Of a stretch of 64,000 nt of DNA, positions 14,451-25,436 are shown in pieces. The stretch covers positions 16,680,001 through 16,744,000 of the forward strand of contig NW_024704742.1 in assembly GCF_018977255.1 (NCBI RefSeq), read 5' to 3'. A program made the translations under genes and the position numbers. Origin of the DNA: Callorhinchus milii (lineage: Eukaryota). A model generated the notes under the pieces. It had not been told where the DNA came from and made no database searches. It was given only the letters and a program-made list of their open reading frames with translations. Position 1 is the stretch's first letter; each line of letters begins with the position of its first letter.

Positions 14451-17400
14451 TTTTATATTTATATTTTTCAAACAGTTGCAGCATTATTGTATAGATTCCT
14501 AGTTGAAGAATCAAATCTCAGAGCATTTTTATGCTTTTATCTTGAGGAAATAAATGTATCTCATGTGTGGCTGAATCTCATATTATCTTATTCATTTAAT
14601 GCTTGTTTGTGGCACATTGCTACGCACAAATTGGCAGTCTTGTTTGTCTACAAATACAAGTACCAAAGCTTACAATAAAATCCTGTGAAGAACTTTGAGA
14701 TATCCTACTAACTATATCAAAGGGAAGGATTATTATTCTTGAAAACAATGGGAATGTAAGAGTTTATTCAAAAGTAAATCAATTGACTGAGAGGGAGAAG
14801 AGATTTATTGGGTATTGGTGAGGGGATTCGGAGGGTAGAGTGTAAGCAGAGCCTAAATTGATTAGTTGGACTGAATGGCCTGTTTCTATACTGTAAAGTT
14901 CTATATAATTCATATTAATAGGCCCCACCCCCAGCTCAGGCTCTCACTCAGTTGCATGAAGTGCTTTAAGGTGTCCTCTCAACATGCAATGTAAAATTGC
15001 TGTGCTGTACACTGTATACTCTTCCTAATGTTGGCCCTTGACGTGCAAGAGATATTTTGTTGAGGGCAAAGATCAAGCTATCACTTCTATTTCCCCACTG
15101 TGGGAGTAATTTTATTATTTACTCTATATCATTTAGTTAGCCACAGATGCTGATACAAGTCTCCACTTTCTTCATGCACGAGGAAAATAGAATTGTTTTG
15201 TCAAATATCCTTCTCCAGGAATTTCTGAGTTCATCTGTACAATCCAATCCCAGGGGGAAGTGCCCCAGTTAAGCACATGTTTGTGGTTTATAATTCTTGA
15301 CTGCCCGAGCATCTGGTTCACATAGGGACTGCACCTCTCAGGTCTTATTTCTCCTGAGGTCCTGGACAAACAGTAACCTAAGCACTTTGTTTTTGTAAAA
15401 CAGCTGACGTATGTGTCGCTCAGGGACACACTTCCAATTCCTGTTCTTTTCTACATCACTTCTTTCATGTAAGAGACAAAACAATTTTATCTTTCAGAGA
15501 TCTCAGAATGAATATATGTTTTCGAGTTAAACTAACAATCAATGGTTTGCCCTCTTCTGCCTTGTCTGTCTTATATTGCAAACTAAAAAATTCTCAAGCT
15601 GAATTGCCTCTGCCACGAGTATCCAAGGGCCAGAGGCCAGTAAACCATGCATTGTCTTTTACTTGTAATGGTCTTCGCTGTGTTAACTGAGGTCTTGTAA
15701 CTTGAACAAAATAATTGCTACAAAGTAAATGCAGTAAAATATCATGACATTTTTGGTTGCATGTCTTACAAAATTTGAAGGTACCCTTTCGTCACAGTTT
15801 ACCTGCAAGTACACAGTCACTATACTTCACAGCTGAATCCTGTGAAGCGTTTTGAGACACATGGATGATGTGATTAGACTCTATCAAACGCAATGGTTAT
15901 TTATTGTTAAGATTTAACAAAAATAAAACATTCCAAAATTTTGATGTAATAATTCACCCATGATTGAAAAATGTCATCAATGTGGCCAATCAATAACTGA
16001 AAGCATAAACTTGTGCCAGTTCTTAGGATACCAGCTTTATTCATAAAATGAATCAATATATTTTGTATCTCATGACTTTTGCTAACAAAATGATAAGAGT
16101 GTTCCAATTCCCATCACTTACATTCCTCATTTTTATGAAAACACCATTCATGAAAAGAATGGCAGTGATGATTAAGGGCAGCTAAATGCAGGAATAAAGT
16201 GAACATTTGCAAGGAGTATTAATTAGGTATAAAAATCATATAGTAACAGATTCCTAATACAATATAGACAGTTGAAGTACATTTAGATGAATTATGGAAG
16301 AGTAATTTTGATAGGTATTATGCAAGTACTGTATAGATAATTATGAACACTCCATATTACACTACATGTCATGAACATGCTTATATTTAAAGAATTAATA
16401 TTTACACTGATATTTATAGTGTTGACGCAGTACTTATATTAACTTCTGTCTCTTTTCACGAAAATGGAATACTTCTCCTGCAGCGCTTTGCTTTGGTGTC
16501 CTGAACCTATTTTCTATGAATACAATATACTAATTATGATAATTGCAGTTTATAGTTATCACCACAGGGAAAACCATGTCATGATTTACACAGATTGTGT
16601 GAAGAGAGGGTTCTGTATCTCCTGGAGTTTAATCCTCAATTTGGTTATTAAACTGTTTCCTAATGTTAGTTAATCATGTATTCCCAAGAGATTTCAAATG
16701 GCTTTTATAATTCTGTGTGTTCTTGAATGTTTTCTTAATCATTAAAGACAATGGATTCAATGTATTTTCTTTGCTGTGCAGAATGGTTATTGCAACCCTG
16801 CAGTGATTAATAGCAGTTCATATCCAAGTAGCACATCCATGTAGAACAACAAGTGGGTCATAGACTGTTACTGTTGATTAGTGAGGTACTCAAAGCAACT
16901 AAGGAGTGAAACATTGCATTAATAAGACATTGTTCTCTGGCCTCACAAAATAAACCAAAATCTTATGGTCAGTTCCAGTTGTAGAGTATACTGAATAAAT
17001 ATGATTTACAGTTAATACTGTTTAGATACTTTACAGTAAATCCTAAGATTTTGACGATGTGATGAGGGGCCACATAAGTGCAAGAATTATTATAAATATC
17101 ATACAAAATTAGAATTTTGTTCTTGAATTATAAGTGAAATCATACCTTCGGTTTTAGATTAGCAGAATAAATCCTCAGTTGCTTTCCAACTCCAATCAAC
17201 CTCATATATTTCCCCCTTTAGTTTTGTCAAATACTACTTTCCACGTTAATAATGCATTAACCTTTTGAACTATTTTCAATTGTTGAATTAGATGAATGCC
17301 AAATTAGTTCAAAAAAGACAAATGCACTTTCATGGATAGTGTAAGTTAATAACTCAGCACTGAACCTCCTTTGCAAACTTTCCCTTACTGCAGTCTCTCT

Positions 17401-18648
17401 GAAGAGTTTCACGTGAGTATTATTATTTTAATGGAGCATCAGAAACCAAATGCTGATTGGCTGCATCCTCTTCATAGATCAATAAAATCAATTTAATGTT
17501 GTAGATGTGAATATTTCAAGAGTTAACTGGAGTTTGTTAGAAAACATAGGGAATGTTAACAACTTTGTTATTTTGAAAGCAAGTTAATGCAGTCTTATGT
17601 TGAAAGGAGAACCCGATCTTGACATGGACATGGGTCCATAAAATCAGTTATTATCCAGTCATAATGTATTAAAAAGAATTGTAAGAAAATGCATATGCGT
17701 AGTTTATTCAACATAATAATATTTTAAATCCATTTCATAGCTGTAGGGACCATCTTTAAAACATTTGATTAGGTTTATATCTCTAAAAACCCTGGGAGTT
17801 TAGACAATAACAAGACTCCACTTACACTATACTATTAACATACTGATGGCTGTCACCTCCTAAAAGTCATACTGGCCTGGACTACTTTGGCTGAATGGCC
17901 TGTTTTGGTCCAGTAGATTATTTGTAATTTTATGTAAAGATTCTAAACATTGGGCGGTTGTAAAGCTTCTTCATGTTCTTAGCCCCAAGATCATATGTTA
18001 AAATAATAACATCTGAATTTAAGAGTTGTCCAAAACTTGCATGCTGCGAAGTACTATGAAAAAAGTCTGAATCTAGACAGAGTTGAATTTCTTCCCCTTG
18101 GCCTGAAAATATTGAGATGAGCTAACTTACTTGGAATTGAACCTGGAACCTTATCGTTTAATATTACACTAAAAGAACCTCTACCCACACAGCCACTAAG
18201 GAGCTGGTGAAGTAGTTTGTATGGTAAATCATACTTCAGCAGTCACTAATTCAATGCATTCCTTTACATTCCATAATTTTCAAAATAGGATAAAGTTTGT
18301 TTCTCTAAAACTAGAACAAAAAGCTTAGTCTAAATATTTTGCAAAATCTGACACCTAATGCAAAGGCCAAGAATGATTTTGCTAAAGATTAGCGTTCGAT
18401 TTGGAGGTACACTTGCTTCATATTTGAGTCTTTTCCAATATCTTATTGAAGAATGTGCATGATGATGTTTTTTCATTCACAAACAAGTAATATTGAAGTA
18501 TTATGCAAATAATGTTTATTACTATAATCTTACAAAGTGATGTTGGAGGTAATTCTGTTGACTTTATACATTTGTATATAATCAATTTTACTGGCTTGTT
18601 ATTTAACCTGGTATTTTTTTTTCTTGTTTGTGATGCTTGCCCTTACAG

Positions 18649-18657
18649 GAGGTTGAG
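18649..18657 (+). CDS. SPOCK3: 9-nt microexon (Glu-Val-Glu) of the testican/SPOCK gene
   Basis: Sequence reads ...ttttttttttcttgtttgtgatgcttgcccttacAG|GAG GTT GAG|GTttgt. It is a phase 0-0 exon 128 nt upstream of the DDYF exon. It matches the alternatively included EVE in testican WNKFRD(EVE)DDYF. Confidence 0.85.
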
Positions 18658-18785
18658 GTTTGTATTAATTTTCAATCGTGCATTTATTGCAATTTGTTTG
18701 ATTCATATATAAGTCATGAATTTCTTTGGGCATGTGAAATACCATAATCATTAAACACTGTATGCCTTGTTTAATTTTCTTTTAG

Positions 18786-18831
18786 GACGATTATTTCAGG
18801 AGCTGGAACACTGGCAGGCATTTGAACCAAG
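18786..18831 (+). CDS. SPOCK3: Testican (SPOCK) internal coding exon, 46 nt, DDYFRSWNTGRHLNQ-G
   Basis: ttttctttttAG|GAC GAT TAT TTC AGG AGC TGG...CAA G|GTac. Resembles testican DDYFRTWSPGKPFDQ. Ends in phase 1, compatible with the next exon. Confidence 0.9.
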
Positions 18832-19992
18832 GTACATTTTCCATTGAATTCCATGAATAAATTCCACTTATCTAAAGACATTTTTTAAACAGCAATGAAC
18901 CTTGTATTTTGCAGTCCTATCATTGTAAAATACATGTGGACTGTAAGTTGCATTGCCATGAACATAGCTACATGAGCTTTATGCACGGTTCAAGAAAAAT
19001 AGTTAACATTGACGAGTGAGGTACAGAGCTATAATGTAGCTAAAAGCTGACAATGTTATGAAATTTCTTACCACTTACTCCTTTTTTGTTTCTCGCTAGG
19101 TATTTGATGTTTTTGCCTTTGTTAGGTTCATGCATTTTGATAGCACAATAGGAATGTGTGAAGAAACTGCCAGTGAAAAGCAATTTATAAAAAATTGATT
19201 AATGTTTGCACCATTGTGGTTCAAATCAATAATTTCTTGCTTTGAGCTCATGTTTTTGCCCCCATTGAATTGCGTAGCATTGATGCAAATATTTGCCAAA
19301 GGCAAAGAGTACTGGAGAAGGTTAAATTGGCTAGAGGAATTCAGATAAAATCAGGGGATAGTGCATAGGTGGCAGTTGAAAATATTCTTTGAGAGGTGGG
19401 GGGAGTAAAATTCAGTTTAAAGCTTTGGTGTCCTTTAAGACTGGTGAGCCATTGGTTCGACTGATAGATCCATTGGCCAGCCAGAGGTGAGAATGCCCCG
19501 ATGAACGCACTCCAGACCAGAAGTGGGTGGGCACCGATGAGGAGTTGAGAGAGGACTAAGAGCTGGGCCGTGGGTGCCACGATTTGGGGCTGCTCGGAGG
19601 ACTGGCTGTGGTCGTCCTCAGGAAATTCCCCTCCCAGCTCCCCTCAAAGAGCTGAACTGTAGGTACCTTAGGCAAGTTTCCTTACTCCAAGACCTCTGTT
19701 TAGTTAGCAGTAATTAGGAAACTCTCGTTAGTCGATTGGTGGATCGCTTTCTGGGGGTAATAATCCCTTCAAAATAATAAATAATAATGATTTGATCACT
19801 CAATCCATGACTGTTTGTGGGACACAGCCGTGTGCAATTGGCTGCTGTGTGTCTCCCACAAAATATATGATCAATTCACTTTACAGTATAAACAAAATGC
19901 AAAATACTGCAGATGCTGGAAATCTGAAACAAAAACAGAAGTCGCTGGGAACACTCAGCGGGTCAGGCAGCATAAATGGAGAGAGGAAAGTG

Positions 19993-20028
19993 AGTCAACG
20001 TTTCGGGTCCACAACCCTTCGTCAGAAC
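19993..20028 (-). ncRNA. Minimal hammerhead ribozyme-like motif (mirror copy)
   Basis: Reverse strand reads gtt-CTGACGA-a-gggt(tgtgg)accc-GAAAC-GTT-gact. Confidence 0.55.
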
Positions 20029-20046
20029 ATAGTCCTGACAAATTTT

Positions 20047-20087
20047 AGTTCTGACGAAGGGTTGGTTGTGGACCCGAAACGTTGACT
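20047..20087 (+). ncRNA. Minimal type I hammerhead ribozyme-like motif
   Basis: agtt-CTGACGA-a-gggt(tggttgtgg)accc-GAAAC-GTT-gact. Has both core boxes, a stem II, a short palindromic stem III and a 4-bp stem I. Confidence 0.6.
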
Positions 20088-20967
20088 CACTTTCCTTTCT
20101 CCATAGATGCTGTCTGACCCGCTGATTATTCCCAGAAACTTCTGGTTTTGTTTCACTTTGCAGTACATTCTGTGAGGTGGTTTGAGACGCCTCAGCAGCA
20201 TGATAATGCACCTAGATTTGTATAGCGCCTTTCACGTCGGGAGGACGTCACAAGGTGCTGGACAGTGTACAGCATTTCAATGCACTATAACAAATACAAG
20301 GATTATTATTATTTATTTGGCTGAACCCCCTCTAGCCCTAGCTACCCACTGTTTATGGGGTGGGGTGGAACATTAAATTCAAGGAAATGTTATAAGTTTT
20401 CAGTATGCGTATACCTGGTCGTAAATTCATTTGGGAATTTCAAACATCCCTTTGGAAACATCAGAAATAAAAAGGGAAAGAAAAATCTATGAATACTAGA
20501 AATCTGAAATTAAAATAGAAAACTCTGGGAAGTGCACAGTGGGTAAATTAATATGTGAAAGACAAAACATTTAACATTTTGATGCATACCCTAATCACAA
20601 CTGGAGGAAAGGTCACACCTTGGTTTTGGTGCTGTACCTCAATATTTGTTGTGTTTATTTCGAAAATGCTACATTGATTTCTAAGACTGCTGCAAATCTG
20701 GTTAACAAAATAAATATTTTATCACATTCCTGGAAGATGGTATTCTGTTTACAGTTTCTTGGTTTACAGAGTTGCATTTATTTATGCAGTGACTGTTGTT
20801 CATTTGTTTGATGAAGACCTATTGGATGTTGGGATACACACTATTTTATTTTGTGTTTTATTGAATTTAATAAGAACATAAGAGCATAAGAATTAGGAGC
20901 AGGAGTAGGCCATTCGGCCCTTCGTGCCTGCTCTGCCATTCAATAAGATCATGGCTGATCTTCTCAC

Positions 20968-23600
20968 CTAACTCTGATTACCTGCCCTATCCCGATATCC
21001 CCTAATCCCTCTATTTTTCAAGAATCTATCAGTCTCAGCCTTGAAAATGTTCAAGGACTGATCATCTACATCCTTCTGGGGTAGTGAATTCCATAAGTTC
21101 ACTACCCTCTGAGTGAAGAAATGTTTCCTCAACTCTGTTCTAAGAAGCTGACCCTTAATTTTCAGACTGTGACTCATGGTTATAGATTCTCCTACCAGGG
21201 GAAACAGTCCCTCGGTGTCTACTTTATCAGCCCTTAAAGAATCTTATAAGTTTCAATAAGATCTCCCCTAATTCTTCTGTACTCTAGAGAATACAGCCCT
21301 AGTTTATTCAGCCTATCCTCATAGGTCAGTCCTCTCATCCCAGGAACTAACCGAGTGAATCTACGCTGCACCCCCTCCAGGGCAAGTATGTCCTTTTTTA
21401 AATAAGGAGACCAAACGTGCACACAATACTCTAGGTGCGGTCTCACCAAAGCCCTATACAGTTGCAGCAAGACTTCCCTACTCTTATATTCTAAACCTTT
21501 CGAAATGAACGCTAACATGCCATTCGCCTTCTTAGTTGCTTGCTGCACCTGCAAACTAACTTTTTGGGACTGGTGTACAAGGACACCCAAATCCCTTTGA
21601 ATACTAACACTATCTGACTTCTCCCCTTCCAGAAAATAATCTGTTCTTTTATTCTTGCTACTTAGGTGAATAATTTCACACTTGCTAACATTGAATTCCA
21701 TCTGCCACCTACTCGCCCACTCCCCTAGCCTATCTATATCTTGTTGCAATCTTTTTGCATCATCTTGAGAGCTCACTCTGCTACCTAGTTTAGTATCATC
21801 CGCGAATTTAGACACATTACATTCAATGTCCTCGTCCAGATCATTGATGTAAATGGTAAATAGCTGAGGCCCAAGCACTGATCCTTGTGGCACTCCACTA
21901 GTCACATCCTGCCAGTTCGAGAATGATCCGTTTATCACTACTCTCTGCTTTCTACCCGATAGCCACTCTTCTATCTTTTGTAAAGCCATGTTGACTCTGC
22001 CTAATCTTTTTATGGTCTTCCAGGTATCCCATAACTACATCTTTTATTAAGGACTCAAGAATTTTCCCTACAACTGACGTCAAACTAACTGGTCTATAAT
22101 TTTCCCTATTTTCTCTCCCACCCTTCTTAAATAGTGGAGTTACGTTTGCAATCTTCCAATCAATGGGAACTTTTCCAGTATCCACAGACTTTTGGAAGAT
22201 TATAGACATGCCATCCACTATCTCAGTAGCCACCTCCTTTAAAACTCTCGGATGCAGGCCATCCGGTCCAGGGGATTTATCGGTTTTAAGACCCGACAAT
22301 TTACCTAGAACCATCTCTTTACCAATGTTAATCTCCCTAAGTTGCTCGCTAACATTGTCTTCTTGGTCCTCTATTTTTGGTATGTTTCCAGTGTCTTATA
22401 CTTGTTTAATGACTCTGCCATGTCTTTGTCCCCTATCATAATTCCTCTGGTCTCTGCCTGTAATGGACCCACATTCACCCTCGCTAGCCTCTTCCTCTTT
22501 ATATATTTGTAAAAACTCTTGGAGTCTGTTTTTATGTTCTTTGCTAGTTTGCCCTCGTAATCTATTTTCTCCCTCTTGATCAATTTTTTGGTCCTCCTCT
22601 GTTGTTCCCTAAAGTTCTCCCAATCCTCGGGTTTACTACTCATCTTCGCTGTTTTATAGGCTTTTTCTTTTGATTTGATACTTTCCCTAACTGCTCTAGT
22701 TAGCCATGGCTGCACCACCTTTCCCATGGCATTCTTATTCCTCAAAGGAATATGTGCTCGTTGGGAATTTTGCACTATCTCCTTGAATGTCTGCCATTGC
22801 TGGTCTACCGTCAAATCTTTAAGTTTAGTCTCCCAGTTTATTCTGGCTAAATCCTCTCTCATACCAGCAAAGTTGGCTCGATTTAAATTGAAGACTTTTG
22901 CTTCAGACTTAACTACTTCCCTCTCTAACTTAACGCTAAATTCCATCATATTATGATCGCTTTGCCCTCGAGGAGCCTTAAGTTCCAGTTTGCTGATCAG
23001 CCCTGTTTCATTACACAAAACAAGGTCTAATATGGCTTGTTCCCTGGTCGGCTCCTCAGCATATTGATCTAGAAAATTATCTCTAATACATTCTATAAAC
23101 TCCTCTTCTATGTTACCTTTCCCAATTTGGTTGTCCCAGTCTATGTGCAGGTTAAAATCACCCACAATTAGTGTCTTTCCTTTGCTACATGCTCCACTAA
23201 TCTCTTGATTTATACCTTGAGCGATACTTTGACCACTGTTTGGGGGTCTATAAACTACTCCCACTATAGTTTTCTGCCCCTTGAAGTTACGTATCTCTAC
23301 CCATACTGACTCTACATCTTGCTTTTCAGATTTAAAATCTTTCCTCTCTACTGTTTTTATCCCATCCTTTATTAGCAGGGCCACTCCCCCTCCTCGTTTA
23401 CCACATCGCCTATCTTTCCTATATACCACGTAGCCGGGAATATTCAGTTCCCATCCCTGATCACCCTGTAACCATGTCTCGGTGATGGCTACTAGATCAT
23501 ACCGGTTTGTCTCTATTTGTGCAACTAATTCATCTATCTTGTTACGAATGCTTCGTGCATTCAGATATAGCGCCCTTAATTCTGACCTCCGGCTATTAAC
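20968..23600 (-). pseudogene. CR1 ORF2 (APE endonuclease + reverse transcriptase), disrupted
   Basis: APE motifs YLNARSIRNK, ITETWL, GVVYRPP, VGDFN and SDH. RT motifs KSPGPDG, NYRPVSLTS, GVPQGSVLGP and FADDTK. Frameshifting deletions near 22400 and near 21977 (SQHGFTK joined to IEEWL; the SCLTN...DFxKAFD block is missing), plus a break near 21235. Confidence 0.93.
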
Positions 23601-23747
23601 CCTATTCACCAGCACTCTATCACTGTACTTCCTTTCGCTGCTTGACACACTTTGCTCTTCTCTATTGTTAATCTGCTCTCTTGCTTTTGTTGATCTCAAG
23701 TTTAACTGTGGTGGACTATACTTTACTATGTTTTTACCTCCTCCCCC

Positions 23748-24120
23748 TTAGTAATTTAAAGCCCTTTCTACCTCCCTATTTATTCGTGTAGCCAGGACAT
23801 TTGTCCCAGCCCTATGTAGGTGGAGCCCATTCCTTTGGAAAAGCTCCCATCTTCCCCAATACTCGTGCCAGTGGCCCATGAATTGGAATTCCTGCTCTCC
23901 GCACCACTCTTTTAGCCAGGCATTCAGATCTATGATCTTCTTTTGCCTGTACCAATTAGCTTCTGGCTCAGGTAACAGTCCCGATATCATCACTTTGGAA
24001 GTTCTATTCCTTAGTTTAATTCCCAATTCCCGGAACTCGCTCCTTAACTCGTCCCTACTGGTCCTACCAATGTCATTGGTCCCTATATGTACCATTACGA
24101 TTGGAAACTCTCCCTCATGC
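23748..24120 (-). pseudogene. CR1 ORF1 SGNH-esterase domain, C-terminal part
   Basis: HEGEFPIVMVHIGTNDIG...ISGLLP...NGLHLHRAG, typical of CR1 ORF1 esterase blocks. Confidence 0.88.
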
Positions 24121-24694
24121 TGTGGAAGGTGAATTCAGCACATTCTGCAAAGTTGGCAAATTAAGCAAGAGGCCAGGGGGCCCTGGCCTTAAGTGAAAAA
24201 TATGTTGTCATGAAGTTAGTCACAATGCTCGTGATTGGCATTGTTTAAGATAGATAAGCAGATGTCTGGTATCAGTACCGCATCCTGGAATCATGTCTGG
24301 AATCGGTTCTGGGTTTAGATAACGTTCAGCAGCTTCAGCATTTTCGCATTCTCTAAATGTCGTCTTTCTCTATATGTATCTAATCACGAGGGACAGAGTA
24401 ATTGTCTCCCAAAAACAGACACCCTGTCACGAGGCAGACTATATCGAAATGTAACCAATTTAGAGGGCCCCCTCGTGATTATTGATTGACGCATAGCTCG
24501 ATAAGATTTTGTATGAAGGTGAGGTGCTTGCTCCCATTTGGTGTGCAGTGTTGGGAGCATCATTAGTTGTTGCTACATTACTGTACCTCATATATATATA
24601 TGAAATTAAAGTGTGTTAAGTGAACGCCGCACTGACTCCGTTGTTGAGCCTCTGGTCTTCTGAGAGCAACCGCACATCGCAACTGGGTTCGACA
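24121..24694 (+). repeat. 5' LTR (574 bp)
   Basis: Begins TG and ends ...gggttcgaCA, 3 nt before the PBS. Contains a CCAAT near 24455 and an ATTAAA poly(A)-like signal at 24605-24610. Confidence 0.85.
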
Positions 24695-24697
24695 ATT

Positions 24698-24715
24698 TGG
24701 AGGTTCCACCGAGAT
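24698..24715 (+). promoter_or_regulatory. Retroviral primer-binding site complementary to the tRNA-Gln 3' end
   Basis: TGGAGGTTCCACCGAGAT, the 18-nt Gln-type PBS known from endogenous MLV-like proviruses, directly after LTR-terminal CA-att. Confidence 0.88.
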
Positions 24716-24780
24716 CGAAAGACTGGGTTTCTCCTTCGACTTCTCACGGCTCTTCGGACGCTCGGCACAAACATCGCGCA

Positions 24781-24789
24781 CAGGTAAGC
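24781..24789 (+). promoter_or_regulatory. Retroviral major splice donor in the leader
   Basis: CAG|GTAAGC, a near-consensus donor about 70 nt after the PBS. Confidence 0.65.
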
Positions 24790-25098
24790 ATTCTTACCAT
24801 TGTTTGTGTCTGATGTGTTGATGAGACGTGGTTGCCGAAGGACTCCTGGCCTCTTCGATTTAAGGTACAAAATTTGCGATTTGTTACACCTAAATAATTT
24901 CAGGCGGCTTAGTACTGTAAGGTATAGTACTTGGGTATAAGGAATTGGCCAGAGATACTATAAGAAATAGTATATAGACGTCTTAAGTAAAATAAAGTCT
25001 TGCATGCATAAGGAATCGGCCGTTGAAAATAGAAATAGATAATTGCTTGTATTTTGACTGTGTTGGGGCAACCACTTGTTTCGTTGTTAAACTATACC

Positions 25099-25436
25099 AT
25101 GGGACAATCATTTAGCTCGGCTAAAAAGGGCGATAAGGGACTCCAGCGGCTTAAATGGAAACCCATTTTGGCCAACACAGTGTTCGCTATCTGCGGAGCT
25201 GGACTAAATTAACTAAGGGTCAGCCTTGCTCCTGGCCTCCAGACGGGTTCTTTAATAAAGACCGTATTGCCGCTCTTCAGGCAGCGGTACATGCCAAATC
25301 GGAGCAGAGTGGGTGTGGTAGCAGTATCTGCAGGAAACATAACCTATCCCCACAAATAGCGGCGCTTAAAAAGAAACCAGAAAGAGGGGAAAGAGATGCA
25401 GCTGAGGAAGTCGCCCTCTTAACAGGATATAGGTGA
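25099..25436 (+). pseudogene. gag: Truncated gag (matrix region)
   Basis: accATGG Kozak context, MGQSFSS myristoylation-type start. A frameshift and TAA near 25140-25154 precede METHFG...WTKLT...WPPDGFF (WPxxGxF matrix motif). CA and NC are absent. Confidence 0.7.

Larger units (their letters stand above)
19891..20155. mobile_element. Palindromic Penelope-like pseudo-LTR element inserted in a SINE
   Basis: Inverted arms about 19925-20028 and 20048-20155. Flanked by a 16-bp imperfect duplication, ttcactttacagtata (19875-19890) and ttcactttgcagtaca (20152-20167). Confidence 0.7.

Noticed and set aside
1..18600. Further SPOCK exons, or any gene among the short ORFs
   Set aside because: No signal-peptide or WNKFRD exon was found. 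The ORFs are short, low-complexity or repeat-derived.
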